A DNA stretch of 64,000 nucleotides from an uncultured bacterium (GTDB lineage: Bacteria > Patescibacteriota > Dojkabacteria > J137), in assembly GCA_963700155.1 (NCBI GenBank), contig OY969472.1, positions 872,690-936,689 on the forward strand, in the 5' to 3' direction. Under the pieces are notes generated by a model, which saw only the letters and a list, made by a program, of their open reading frames with translations, did no database searches and was not told where the DNA came from. The position numbers and the translations under genes are program-made. Positions 1 to 9,418 of this stretch are shown one piece after another. How positions within the stretch are numbered: position 1 is the stretch's first letter; each line of letters begins with the position of its first letter.

Positions 1-375
1 AGAGTTTGGGATGATCAGATTATTGAAAAGATTAAAAATCTTCAATCTAAAGGATTGAAGCTAATAGTATGTTGTCAGGATATTTCAGAAGCACAAAAAT
101 TATTATCAGCAAATCCTTATGCTATAGCTTACGAACCTCCGGATCTAATAGGTAGTGGTATTTCTGTAACTACAAGACCTGAAGTTGTAAAAGAGTTTGT
201 AGATATTGTTGGTGATAAATGTATTAGGATTATAGGTGCAGGTGTTTCAACTGCTGAGGATATAAAAACTGCTTTATCATTAGGAGCTCAAGGAGTTTTA
301 TTAGCTTCTGCTTTTGTTAAAGCAGAAAATCATTCAGTTAAACTGCAAGAATTACTCCAAGGTTTTAAAAGTTAA
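1..375 (+). CDS. tpiA: Triosephosphate isomerase, archaeal-type, 5'-partial; the reading frame is open from base 1
   Basis: The C-terminal region '...YAIAYEPPDLIGSGISV...GAGVSTAEDIK...GVLLASAF' matches the short archaeal TIM signature (AxEPPELIGTG ... GAGI ... GVLLAS). Frame 1 has no stop upstream of the annotated Met at 55. Confidence 0.7.
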   Translation, partial: RVWDDQIIEKIKNLQSKGLKLIVCCQDISEAQKLLSANPYAIAYEPPDLIGSGISVTTRPEVVKEFVDIVGDKCIRIIGAGVSTAEDIKTALSLGAQGVLLASAFVKAENHSVKLQELLQGFKS

Positions 376-422
376 AAATGGAGTGTAAGATAATATTTAT
401 GATTATTTTTTAAAATAATTTA

Positions 423-1169
423 ATGGAAACTTCAAAAATAGAAAAGAATGGAAAAATTTTTATGGTCGCCTATGATCAAGGTCTGGAACATGGACCATCG
501 AAAGATTTTAATGAGACTAATGTAAATCCGGATTATATTTTAAAACTAGCAGTTGAAGGAAATGCAAGTTGTGTTGCCATGCAATATGGAATCGCAAAAA
601 GATTTTATACAGAAGAATATAAAAATAAGATTCCTTTAATTTTAAAATTGAATGGGAAAACAAAATTGAATTCAAAGAATTTTCTTGCAGCTAATATTGC
701 AAATATTGAAGATGCCTTAAGTCTTGGAGCCGTAGGAGTAGGTTTTACAATAAATCCGGGTCAGACTGATGAACAAATTGGGTATGAGAAATTTTCAGTT
801 TTAAGAAGAGAAGCTGAAAAAGCTGGACTGATTACAGTTTTGTGGTCCTATGCAAGAGGTCCAGAAATAACTGATCAGTTTTCTAAAGAAGTAGTATCTT
901 ACGCTGCTAGAGTTGGAGCAGAACTTGGGGCGGATGTTTTAAAAGTTAAATATACTGGAGATCCTGAAAGCTTCGCGTGGGCTGTAAAAAGTGCTGCTGG
1001 TACCAAAGTTATAGCATCAGGTACAGATAATTTCGGAGAAAATTATTTATCCGATTTAACTCGAATGCTTGAATCAGGTGCAAATGGACTGGCTGTAGGA
1101 AGGCACTTATGGCAAGATCCTGATGCTATAAACTTAGGTAAAAAAATTGCCGAAGTAATTTACAAATAA
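423..1169 (+). CDS. fba: Class I fructose-bisphosphate aldolase, archaeal DhnA/FbaB type
   Basis: The N-terminal 'KIFMVAYDQGLEHGP' is the hallmark of the DhnA-type class I aldolase family. Length is ~250 aa, and it sits immediately downstream of tpi. Confidence 0.65.
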   Translation: METSKIEKNGKIFMVAYDQGLEHGPSKDFNETNVNPDYILKLAVEGNASCVAMQYGIAKRFYTEEYKNKIPLILKLNGKTKLNSKNFLAANIANIEDALSLGAVGVGFTINPGQTDEQIGYEKFSVLRREAEKAGLITVLWSYARGPEITDQFSKEVVSYAARVGAELGADVLKVKYTGDPESFAWAVKSAAGTKVIASGTDNFGENYLSDLTRMLESGANGLAVGRHLWQDPDAINLGKKIAEVIYK

Positions 1170-1189
1170 TTCATACATATTAAATAGTT

Positions 1190-1774
1190 TTGATTATGAT
1201 TAAGTCAATAATCTCAGATTTTTCACGCACTATTTTATTTCCAAAAGATTTAGTAACTTCACTTGAACTAAATGGAATTCATAAAAGAGAGATAGCGAAT
1301 ATTAAAAATAAAAATGTTTATGAATTAAATAATGAAGATTTAAATTTAACTGAAAGTGTTTATCCTGCATATAATTTTTACATAATAAATCATCCATTAT
1401 TAAATTTATTTAGTAGTTTAAAACATCATAAAGAACTTAAGCTTTATGTCTTTACTAGTGGTTTTGTACAAACTCATCCGGATTTTAAGGAAGATTTAAG
1501 TATTTTTGATCAAATTGTAAGTATATCAGATCTGAATAATATTTCTAAAAGGGATTCAGAGTCATATAAATTGTTTTGTGAGAAATTTGATATTGTTCCA
1601 GAAGAAGCAATTTATATTGATAATGAGAAAGTTTGTCTTGATGCTGCAAGTCAAATTTATCTAAATACTATTCTTTTTCCTGAGATAAAAGCGTACACAA
1701 CAGAACAATTTAACGAAAAGTTGAGAGAAGCCACAGATAAAGTTAATGAAGAAATAACACATTTAATTAAATAA
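1190..1774 (+). CDS. Hypothetical protein, possibly a degenerate HAD-like hydrolase
   Basis: An N-terminal 'SDFSRTILFP' resembles HAD motif I with the second Asp replaced. A C-terminal 'IDNEKVCLDAA' resembles HAD motif IV. Both matches are weak. Confidence 0.3.
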   Translation: MIMIKSIISDFSRTILFPKDLVTSLELNGIHKREIANIKNKNVYELNNEDLNLTESVYPAYNFYIINHPLLNLFSSLKHHKELKLYVFTSGFVQTHPDFKEDLSIFDQIVSISDLNNISKRDSESYKLFCEKFDIVPEEAIYIDNEKVCLDAASQIYLNTILFPEIKAYTTEQFNEKLREATDKVNEEITHLIK

Positions 1775-1791
1775 TTTTTAATAATTTAAAA

Positions 1792-2745
1792 ATGGACAAA
1801 ATTGTTCCATCACAAAGAGTAGTAATAATTGGTGCAGGGAATGTTGGCTCAACTGCAGCCTTCTCTATTCTTACTCAGGAGGTCGCAAATGAGATAATTT
1901 TAATTGATATTAATGAAGAGCTGGGGAAATCACAGGTTCTTGATATGCAAGATGCGGCTGATTTCACTCAAGGTGTGGAAGTAAGTTTCGGAAGTTATGA
2001 TGATTTAATCAATGGAGATGTTGTTGTTATTACCTGTGGGGCTGCACAGAAGGAAGGCCAGACTCGTTTGGATCTTTTGAATATTAATGCAAAGATAATC
2101 AGAGATGTGGTTTCAAAAATCAAAGCAACAGGTAAAATAGTTTATGTTTTAATGGTAACAAATCCAGTTGATATCTTAACTTATATAGCTGTTACCGAGT
2201 CTGGCCTTCCAAAAGGTATGGTATTTGGTAGCGGAACTTATCTAGATTCAGCGAGATTAAGAGTTTCTATTGCTGATGAACTTAATGTAAGTACTGCAAA
2301 TGTTCATGCATATATTTTAGGTGAACATGGGGATAGCTCATTTCCTGCAATTAGTGGTGGAAACATTGCAGGTATAAAACTTGAGAAATTTTATCAGATA
2401 AATGATGAACTTTATGATAGGATAACTGAAAAAGTTAGAGACAAAGCTTACGATATAATAAATGGGAAAGGTGCTACATATTATGGAATTGGATCAGCAG
2501 TAGCTAGAATTGTTAAATCAATAATTAACAATGATAAGAGAATTGCACCGGTAAGTATAATGTTAAATGGTGAATATGGATTGAGTGATTTATCTATAGG
2601 AGTTCCGGCAATGATTGACTCTGAAGGAGCAAAAATTATAGGTGAAATAAGTTTGAATGATAAAGAAAGAGAAATGTTAAATAAATCAGCTGAGATAATA
2701 AAAGAAAATATTTCACATATTAATAATAGTAGTGATGGAATATAA
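1792..2745 (+). CDS. ldh: L-lactate dehydrogenase (LDH/MDH family)
   Basis: A Rossmann motif 'VVIIGAGNVGS' and the catalytic-loop 'GEHGDS' are present. The substrate-specificity position in 'GAAQKEGQTR' is Gln, which is LDH-like, rather than Arg, which is MDH-like. Confidence 0.7.
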   Translation: MDKIVPSQRVVIIGAGNVGSTAAFSILTQEVANEIILIDINEELGKSQVLDMQDAADFTQGVEVSFGSYDDLINGDVVVITCGAAQKEGQTRLDLLNINAKIIRDVVSKIKATGKIVYVLMVTNPVDILTYIAVTESGLPKGMVFGSGTYLDSARLRVSIADELNVSTANVHAYILGEHGDSSFPAISGGNIAGIKLEKFYQINDELYDRITEKVRDKAYDIINGKGATYYGIGSAVARIVKSIINNDKRIAPVSIMLNGEYGLSDLSIGVPAMIDSEGAKIIGEISLNDKEREMLNKSAEIIKENISHINNSSDGI

Positions 2746-4096
2746 AATTGTTGTTATTGGTTCTGGCCCTGGAGGATACACCGCAGCAATTCGAGCAGCG
2801 CAATTAGGCGCAAAGGTTGCAATTATTGAGAAAGATTTAATTGGAGGAATCTGTACGAATTGGGGCTGTACTCCAAGCAAGGCAATGATAACATCTGCTA
2901 AGTATGCAAAGATGGTAAGGGAATCTGAACATTACGGAGTTGAACATAACGGAATTACAAATATAGATTTTCAAAAAGTTGCTGCAAGAAGAGATGTAAT
3001 TATGCAAAGATCGAGAGAGGATATTAAAGAGTTATTAGAATATTGGAAAGTAGAAATTATTCAAGGATATGGTGAGATAAACGATAATAATCATGTAAAG
3101 GTTGGTGATAAAATTTTAGAGACTGAAAATATAATAATTGCTACTGGTTCACAGCCTTTGATTCCAAAATTTTTAAATCAAGAGGATCCTTCAATAATAA
3201 ATAGCAATAAATTAATAACTATAAAAGAACTTCCAAAGGAATTAACAATAGTTGGAGGAGGAATAATCGGTTTAGAATTCTCTACTCTTTTTGCTCAACT
3301 TGGAACAAAAGTAAGAATAATTGAATTGCTTGATAGATGTGTTTCTATGATGTGCCCTGAAGTATCGGGTTATATTGAAGAAGAATTAAAAAAGTTAGGA
3401 GTTAAAGTTTTGACTGATAATAAAGTTCTTAGTATTAATAATGGAGTTATTAAAGTTCAAGATACCAAAACTAATGAGGAAGAGGAAATTAGATCAGATA
3501 TGAATTTAATTGCGATAGGCAGAAAAGCTGTTATGAATTCCCCAGAATTTGATAGGCTAGGAATCTCGTATAATCCAAAAGGAGTTGATGTTGATGATTC
3601 AATGAGAACAAATATTGAAAATATTTATGCTGTAGGAGATGCAACTGGGAAAAGTATTTTAGCGCATGTTGCAATGCAGCAAGGTTTAACTGCAGCTGAA
3701 AATATTATGGGTATGGATACAAAAATGGATTATAGTGTGATTCCAGCTGTAGTTTATTCGATTCCAGAAATTTCATCAGTTGGAACAGTACCTGAAGACT
3801 TGGCTGGAATTAAGGTTGTGAAATTTCCATTTACTACTAATTTGCGAGCAATGATTGAGGAGCATGATAAAGGATTTGTAAAAATGTGGATTAAAGAAGA
3901 TCTAAAAAGCATTGTTGCTGTTCAGATTGTGCATGAAAATGCGGGTGAGCTGATTCAATACTACGCAGATATAATTAAAAATAATATAAAGCTTGAAGAT
4001 ATCATAAATACTATTCACGCTCACCCAACATATAGTGAAGTTGTAAGAAATTCGCTTGAATTTGTGCTTGGGGTGTCAACTTCTTATTTCGAATAA
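2732..4096 (+). CDS. Dihydrolipoyl dehydrogenase-like flavoprotein disulfide reductase
   Basis: The FAD-binding 'VVIGSGPGGYTAA', the redox-active disulfide 'GGICTNWGCTPSK' and the C-terminal 'HAHPTYSE' (dimer-interface His-Pro) are typical of Lpd/E3. Confidence 0.65.
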   Translation: MMEYKIVVIGSGPGGYTAAIRAAQLGAKVAIIEKDLIGGICTNWGCTPSKAMITSAKYAKMVRESEHYGVEHNGITNIDFQKVAARRDVIMQRSREDIKELLEYWKVEIIQGYGEINDNNHVKVGDKILETENIIIATGSQPLIPKFLNQEDPSIINSNKLITIKELPKELTIVGGGIIGLEFSTLFAQLGTKVRIIELLDRCVSMMCPEVSGYIEEELKKLGVKVLTDNKVLSINNGVIKVQDTKTNEEEEIRSDMNLIAIGRKAVMNSPEFDRLGISYNPKGVDVDDSMRTNIENIYAVGDATGKSILAHVAMQQGLTAAENIMGMDTKMDYSVIPAVVYSIPEISSVGTVPEDLAGIKVVKFPFTTNLRAMIEEHDKGFVKMWIKEDLKSIVAVQIVHENAGELIQYYADIIKNNIKLEDIINTIHAHPTYSEVVRNSLEFVLGVSTSYFE

Positions 4097-4098
4097 TC

Positions 4099-4371
4099 TT
4101 AATCTTGTATGTTTCTTTGTAAATCAATAGCAGATAAATTTGCTTTTAAGCTTAATGCGCCTAATATAGCTTTAGCTGTATCATTTCCTAAAAAGTCAGT
4201 TTCTTTTAACAAGTCGTTAATCGACCCATGATCTAAATAGTCTTGAAAAGCCAAAACAAGATCATTAGCTAAAATAGGATCTGCAGAATTCTAGATTAGA
4301 GTAAATAAATCTTCATCAATTACTAACTGATCACTTTGTGGTTGCGCATCTAGCATAGGTGGAATATTCAT
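4099..4371 (-). other. Small ORF (26 + 63 codons) interrupted by an in-frame TAG at 4291-4293; possible pseudogene or non-coding
   Basis: A manual minus-strand translation reads MNIPPMLDAQPQSDQLVIDEDLFTLI*NSADPILANDLVLAFQDYLDHGSINDLLKETDFLGNDTAKAILGALSLKANLSAIDLQRNIQD*. There is no Shine-Dalgarno-like sequence. Confidence 0.2.
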
Positions 4372-4424
4372 TTATACTAAGGTAATGAATATTGTCAGAT
4401 TTTAACTTGATTTGTCCAAAAAAA

Positions 4425-5453
4425 TCAAACAACGTTTACTTCCGGAATAAGATCTATATTGAATTTTTCTTTAACCGATTTCTGAATATTAGTAGTGAGT
4501 GAAAGTATCTCATCTCCAGAAGATTCATCGTAATTAACGGGAATTAACGCATGTTTTGGGTAGATTCCAAATCTATTACCTTCTGACATCCACCCTTTCC
4601 ATCCTTGTTTCTCAATTAACCAACCAGCAGGAATCTTTACAGTAGTTTCTGTATATGGATAATTTGGGATCTCAGGAAATTTATTTTTAAGTTCATTATA
4701 TTTTTCAACAGTCACAATTGGATTTTTAAAAAAACTTCCTGCAGTTCCTACTTCTTTTACATCAGGCAGTTTCCTAGTTCTAATTTGTATAACCGCATTC
4801 CGAATTTCTTTTATTGTAATTTGCTGTCCAGCATTTTTTAAGGCTTCTAATTCTTTTTCAACTTCTGCATAAGAAGTATTTAATTCTGGATTTTTTGTTA
4901 ATTTAAATGCAACAGATGTGACAATATATTTATTTTTAAATTCGTTTTTAAAGATTGAATCTCTATATGCAAATTTGCATTGCGGGTTGGAAAATCTTTC
5001 TTCATGTGCTGTTTCCAAATTTATTGCATTTACATATTCAATAGTATCCTTGGCTTCTGCTCCATATGCTCCAATATTTTGGACTGGTGATGCTCCAACC
5101 TCTCCTGGAATATATGAAAGATTTTCCAACCCGCCTAAATTTTTATTAACAAAAAATTCTACTGTCTTATCCCAATCTTCTCCTGCTGAGACTTCATATA
5201 TTGAATAATTATCATTATCTTCTTTTAATTCTTTACCTTGCAGATTAATTTTTATTACAATACCATCAAAATCTTTTGTAAAAAGTGTGTTGCTTCCACC
5301 CCCTAATATATAGAAATTATTATCTTTCAAATGACCTTCAGTTATTAATTCTTTAAGATCGGTTATTGAATTTATCTCAACAAATTCTTTAGCGTTTATA
5401 TTGATTCTAAATGTATTGTAATTTTTTAAAGAAAAATCTTTTTGGATTGTCAT
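4425..5453 (-). CDS. murB: UDP-N-acetylenolpyruvoylglucosamine reductase (MurB)
   Basis: The FAD-binding domain motifs 'NTFRI', 'ILGGGSNTLF' and the C-terminal 'GSFFKNP' are characteristic of MurB. Confidence 0.75.
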   Translation of the reverse strand: MTIQKDFSLKNYNTFRININAKEFVEINSITDLKELITEGHLKDNNFYILGGGSNTLFTKDFDGIVIKINLQGKELKEDNDNYSIYEVSAGEDWDKTVEFFVNKNLGGLENLSYIPGEVGASPVQNIGAYGAEAKDTIEYVNAINLETAHEERFSNPQCKFAYRDSIFKNEFKNKYIVTSVAFKLTKNPELNTSYAEVEKELEALKNAGQQITIKEIRNAVIQIRTRKLPDVKEVGTAGSFFKNPIVTVEKYNELKNKFPEIPNYPYTETTVKIPAGWLIEKQGWKGWMSEGNRFGIYPKHALIPVNYDESSGDEILSLTTNIQKSVKEKFNIDLIPEVNVV

Positions 5454-5580
5454 ATTTGAATGTTTAATATTATACGAATTCTACCTATTCTGTACTTTTA
5501 AATCAAAGGGTAATAGTGGTAACTTTGTTTTTTATGCCTAATTATTCTACACTGATATAGATACTTATTAAATTCAGCTA

Positions 5581-6414
5581 ATGCAAAATTCTTCTAAAAA
5601 TAAAAAAATAATTATAATAATTATAGTTGCTTTGCTTTTAATTTTACTTTGCGTTGCATTTTCAGTTATTGGTCTTTTAATTTATAGAAACTATTTAGAT
5701 ACCCAGGCGGAAAATCAAATCTCAAATCAAAATAATGTTGAAAATAATCAGCCGGCTAGTTCACCCCAAGTCTCGATGCAGGAATATAGTGTAGTTTCTA
5801 AAAATTTAACTAAAGATGGAGCTACGTATAGTATTAATATAAATTATCCTCAAGTAACTGGGTTGAATAATTCAATTGAACAAGGAATCAATAAAATAGT
5901 TCTGGATTATGTTAATACTACCTCAAATAACTTGATTAGTGATAGTGTTGCCGATACTACAGCTGTTGGAGCTTATAATTTATCTTTTAATTTTACTGTT
6001 GAATATAAATCTAAGAATTTATTAAGCATATTAATGAAAGGTGATGAATATACAGGTGGTGCTCATCCAAGTCCAATTATTGTTACTTATAATTTTGATA
6101 TGAATAACGGGGATGAATTAACTTTGAATGAAGTATTTGCTTCAGGATCATCATATTTAAATACTTTATCAAGCTTATCAAATACAATGTTGGTTGATTC
6201 ATTAGGAGTTGATGATAAAGATTTTATTGATGGAGGTACAACTCCAACTGTTGATAATTTTAAAAACTTTAATTTTACTGATACTGGTTTCAAAATTACA
6301 TTTGATGCATATCAAGTTGCTCCTTATGTTAATGGTACGCCAGATATAACAATTAAGTATTTAGATATAAAAGGTGTTATGAATACCAAAATAACAAGTT
6401 ACTTAGGAGTTTAA
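5581..6414 (+). CDS. Membrane-anchored DUF4163/DUF3298 (RsiV/PdaC-like) protein
   Basis: It has an N-terminal TM helix, an 'INYPQV' DUF4163-like segment and the conserved DUF3298 'YTGGAHP' motif. Confidence 0.5.
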   Translation: MQNSSKNKKIIIIIIVALLLILLCVAFSVIGLLIYRNYLDTQAENQISNQNNVENNQPASSPQVSMQEYSVVSKNLTKDGATYSININYPQVTGLNNSIEQGINKIVLDYVNTTSNNLISDSVADTTAVGAYNLSFNFTVEYKSKNLLSILMKGDEYTGGAHPSPIIVTYNFDMNNGDELTLNEVFASGSSYLNTLSSLSNTMLVDSLGVDDKDFIDGGTTPTVDNFKNFNFTDTGFKITFDAYQVAPYVNGTPDITIKYLDIKGVMNTKITSYLGV

Positions 6415-6429
6415 TTTTTCAAAATTAGT

Positions 6430-7509
6430 TTATTCACCAAGAAAGATTCCCAGCTTCTTTGCAGTTTTGTAAACTATTGAGCTTTGAGTTACAACTTTTA
6501 ATTTTTTGACGGCATCACTTATATGGACATATTCAATCTCATCTCCTCGTAATGCTACCATATGATTAAATTTACCTGCTTTTACTGCATCTATTGCAGC
6601 AACACCATAAGATTTTGCTAAGTTCCTATCAATCGCATTAGGGGTTCCACCTCTTTGAATATGTCCTAGGACTACATTTCTCATTTCAAATTCTTTCGGA
6701 GCAAGTTTTTCAATATTTATCATAATTTCTTGACTTATTCCGCCTAATTTTATTTCTGCGTCTTTCATTGATTTACCTACAACATGCCCATCTTTAGCTT
6801 TTGCACCTTCAGAAACAACTACAATTGAATAATCTCTCCCAATAGTTTTTCTCCATCTTAAAAATTTTAAAAGTTCAGTATATGTAAATTCAACTTCCGG
6901 GAGAAGAATTGCATCAGCTCCACCAGCTAGGCCTGAGTATAAAGCTATCCACCCTGCATGTCTTCCCATTGTTTCTACAAACATTATTCTGTCATGACTG
7001 ACTGCAGTTGTATGAATTCTATCTAATGCATCTACTGCTATACTTACAGCTGTGTTGAATCCAAAAGTTTCATCAGTTGCTTCTAAATCATTATCAATAC
7101 TTTTTGGAACACCAACAAGATTTACACCTTTTTCGGCAACTTGTAGTGCTCCTGTAAGTGTTCCATCCCCACCAATCACTATAAGAGCTTCGACTTCTAG
7201 TTTCTCAAGATTTTCTTTTACTAAATTTAAAATATCATTAGGAATTTTATGTACTTTCCCCTCTCCGACTTTTGCATCAAACTTCCCTCGATTTGTTGTA
7301 TGAAGAATTGTTCCACCGATATTACTTATTCCACGAACTGTATTGGTATCTAGTTCCATGTATTTCATTTCAAGAACTCCTTCCCAACTTTTTTCAAATC
7401 CTATAAATTTATATCCAAGTTTTGAGCCATAGGTTACTGCAGACGCGATAACTGCATTCATCCCTTGTACATCTCCGCCTCCGCATAAAATTCCGATTTT
7501 CTTAAACAT
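6430..7509 (-). CDS. pfk: 6-phosphofructokinase (PfkA family); phosphoryl-donor class ambiguous
   Basis: It carries 'GILCGGGDVQGMNAVI', 'IVIGGDGT' and 'GVPKSIDNDL'. This gives the 104-equivalent as Gly (ATP-type) but the 124-equivalent as Lys (PPi-type). Confidence 0.85.
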   Translation of the reverse strand: MFKKIGILCGGGDVQGMNAVIASAVTYGSKLGYKFIGFEKSWEGVLEMKYMELDTNTVRGISNIGGTILHTTNRGKFDAKVGEGKVHKIPNDILNLVKENLEKLEVEALIVIGGDGTLTGALQVAEKGVNLVGVPKSIDNDLEATDETFGFNTAVSIAVDALDRIHTTAVSHDRIMFVETMGRHAGWIALYSGLAGGADAILLPEVEFTYTELLKFLRWRKTIGRDYSIVVVSEGAKAKDGHVVGKSMKDAEIKLGGISQEIMINIEKLAPKEFEMRNVVLGHIQRGGTPNAIDRNLAKSYGVAAIDAVKAGKFNHMVALRGDEIEYVHISDAVKKLKVVTQSSIVYKTAKKLGIFLGE

Positions 7510-7581
7510 GTGATATTTTTATGAATAATTTACAAGTTCATTTTAGTATTTGGGAGTGGAAGATACAAGAAGAAAGTCAAA

Positions 7582-8163
7582 TCAACTCGCATCTAAATTT
7601 TTCTCTACAAGATAATAAATTACATCCTCATCTGGCATCTCACCTTTAACAAAATATTTATTATCCTCATAATATTTTAGTAAATAATCGTTCCTTGTAT
7701 CAAAGCGAATATAGCGTATATTATGTGCTCTTGCATAATCCTCAGTCATTTCGATTAGTTTTTTACCAAGTTTTTTCCCTTGATATTCAGGTAGTATTGC
7801 AAGAGCACTTCTATAAAATACTTCTTTACTTTCAGGTTCAGAAAAATTTTTTACATAGTCTACAGCTAAACCTTCAGGTCCATCTTCGTTATTCTGGTAA
7901 TATTCTGGTGGAACATTTGAAAGTGAAACTGTCCCAACAGCAATATTATCAACATACAAAATAAATACTTTCCCTTCTTCGAACTTGTGCCTTAATTTTT
8001 CAGGTGAATCATAATAATTAATCCAATGATCTTTTCCCTTATTATTCATATCAATCGCGCATGTATGAATTATTCTGAAGACTTCATCAATTTGAGAGAT
8101 ATCAACTTCTTTAAATTTGATATCTCCAATAATATCTATAGGTTTTGGAATGTTAGAATTCAT
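7582..8163 (-). CDS. GNAT family N-acetyltransferase
   Basis: The acetyl-CoA binding motif A 'QGKKLGKKLIE' is present in a ~190-aa protein. Its start overlaps the end of the OFOR beta gene by 4 nt. Confidence 0.55.
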   Translation of the reverse strand: MNSNIPKPIDIIGDIKFKEVDISQIDEVFRIIHTCAIDMNNKGKDHWINYYDSPEKLRHKFEEGKVFILYVDNIAVGTVSLSNVPPEYYQNNEDGPEGLAVDYVKNFSEPESKEVFYRSALAILPEYQGKKLGKKLIEMTEDYARAHNIRYIRFDTRNDYLLKYYEDNKYFVKGEMPDEDVIYYLVEKNLDAS

Positions 8164-9068
8164 ACATATTTTTGTAATAAACGACTTACATCTTGTCTTC
8201 TTACTTCTTCTTTGAGAGTGAATTTATTTTTTCTATACTCAAGTCTTTGAAGATAACTTGGATGATTATCATTTTTATACAAAACTCCAGTAGCGATATT
8301 TTCAGACATATCAGAAGCAATTTTTCTTGCAGCTTCCAAATCTGTAATTTTGTATGATGAATTTTCTTTTATATCTTTTACTCTATCTAGGTACCATTCA
8401 TGTGTTGTCTCATGATTGTAAGTTGGACACGATTGCAAAATATCAACATAAGCAAATCCTTTCTCTTGAAACATAATTGCTTCTTTAAAAATTTCCACTA
8501 GTTGTTTTATATTCCCGCTGAATCCTCTGGCTACAAAAGCAGGATCAAGTGAGAGAGCTAATTCCAGAGGATTCAGCGTGTCCCACATTGGTCCATCTGG
8601 ACTTGCAGTTCTTACAGCTCCTTGTGGAGTTGTGGCAGTAGCTTGCCCTTTTGTTAAACCATAGTCTCCATTGTCATGAACTAAAAGTGTTATTGGATAA
8701 TTATTTCTGAATGAATTTATAAAATGATTTAATCCTTCTGAATAAGTTGCTCCATCTCCTGCAAACGCAATAACTTTTACATTTGGATTCGCAAGTTTTG
8801 CTCCTTGTGCTAATGGTATTACTCTTCCATGAAGTGAATGAATTCTATATCCTTTGATTTTGTCGCTCATATTGCCATTACATCCGATATCAAAGCAGAA
8901 TAATACTTCATGTGTTGAGATTTCAAGTTCTACTAATGCTCTTTTTATTGCAGCCCAAATTGCATAATCCCCACACCCACTACACCATGTTGGCTGTGTT
9001 TCACTAAAGTAATCACTTACTTTTACATTTCCGGATTCATAATTGTAGTTGGGTGTACAGCAAGACAT
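8160..9068 (-). CDS. korB: 2-oxoacid:ferredoxin oxidoreductase, beta (TPP-binding) subunit
   Basis: It has 'CSGCGDYAI', the TPP-binding 'GDGA...' motif and is ~300 aa, typical of the OFOR beta subunit. Confidence 0.75.
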   Translation of the reverse strand: MSCCTPNYNYESGNVKVSDYFSETQPTWCSGCGDYAIWAAIKRALVELEISTHEVLFCFDIGCNGNMSDKIKGYRIHSLHGRVIPLAQGAKLANPNVKVIAFAGDGATYSEGLNHFINSFRNNYPITLLVHDNGDYGLTKGQATATTPQGAVRTASPDGPMWDTLNPLELALSLDPAFVARGFSGNIKQLVEIFKEAIMFQEKGFAYVDILQSCPTYNHETTHEWYLDRVKDIKENSSYKITDLEAARKIASDMSENIATGVLYKNDNHPSYLQRLEYRKNKFTLKEEVRRQDVSRLLQKYV

Positions 9069-9077
9069 ATTTGATAA

Positions 9078-9401
9078 TTAAACAGTTAAAGTTGGTGGAT
9101 TAATTAAATAATTTAATTGTGTAAAAGAATTTAATAATATAAATACTACAAAAAGTATGAAACTTAAAAACAATAAAATATTTAAGACACGAAATAACGA
9201 TTTATAACGTTCATTTAATTGAGAATGAATTAATATACTAAGAGCTAACAAAAAAAATCCAAGAGATAAATTAATAAAGTCTTGAGAATTAAATTGAGCA
9301 TCTATAGGATATTTTGTTTTGTAAGCTAGGGATAATAATGAATTTATAAACAAAAATAATCCCGTTACAGCCAACAGTATTGAAATATATAATTTTCGCA
9401 T
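9078..9401 (-). CDS. Small polytopic membrane protein inserted between the OFOR subunit genes
   Basis: It has 3-4 hydrophobic helices and exactly fills the gap between korA and korB on the same strand. Confidence 0.35.
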   Translation of the reverse strand: MRKLYISILLAVTGLFLFINSLLSLAYKTKYPIDAQFNSQDFINLSLGFFLLALSILIHSQLNERYKSLFRVLNILLFLSFILFVVFILLNSFTQLNYLINPPTLTV

Positions 9402-9418
9402 TTATCCTTAAATAATAA

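Noticed and set aside
4918-5208. A 96-aa plus-strand ORF inside murB. Similar antisense or embedded ORFs occur at 6087..6293, 7052..7303, 7695..7964, 8026..8250, 9789..10028, 10194..10445, 12023..12229, 13128..13325, 15025..15294, 16762..17022, 16787..16975, 22348..23172 (several), 24430..24639, 27058..27249, 30357..30551, 30640..30837, 32736..32921, 34380..35078 (several), 36413..36688, 39054..39458, 44479..44745, 47983..48174, 48882..49094, 52238..52477, 56578..56772, 57712..57897, 58745..59062, 59404..59619, 60029..60538 and 62586..62864.
   Set aside because: Each lies inside, or antisense to, a longer ORF with clear motifs. Their translations are low-complexity and not protein-like. These are typical spurious frames in AT-rich DNA.
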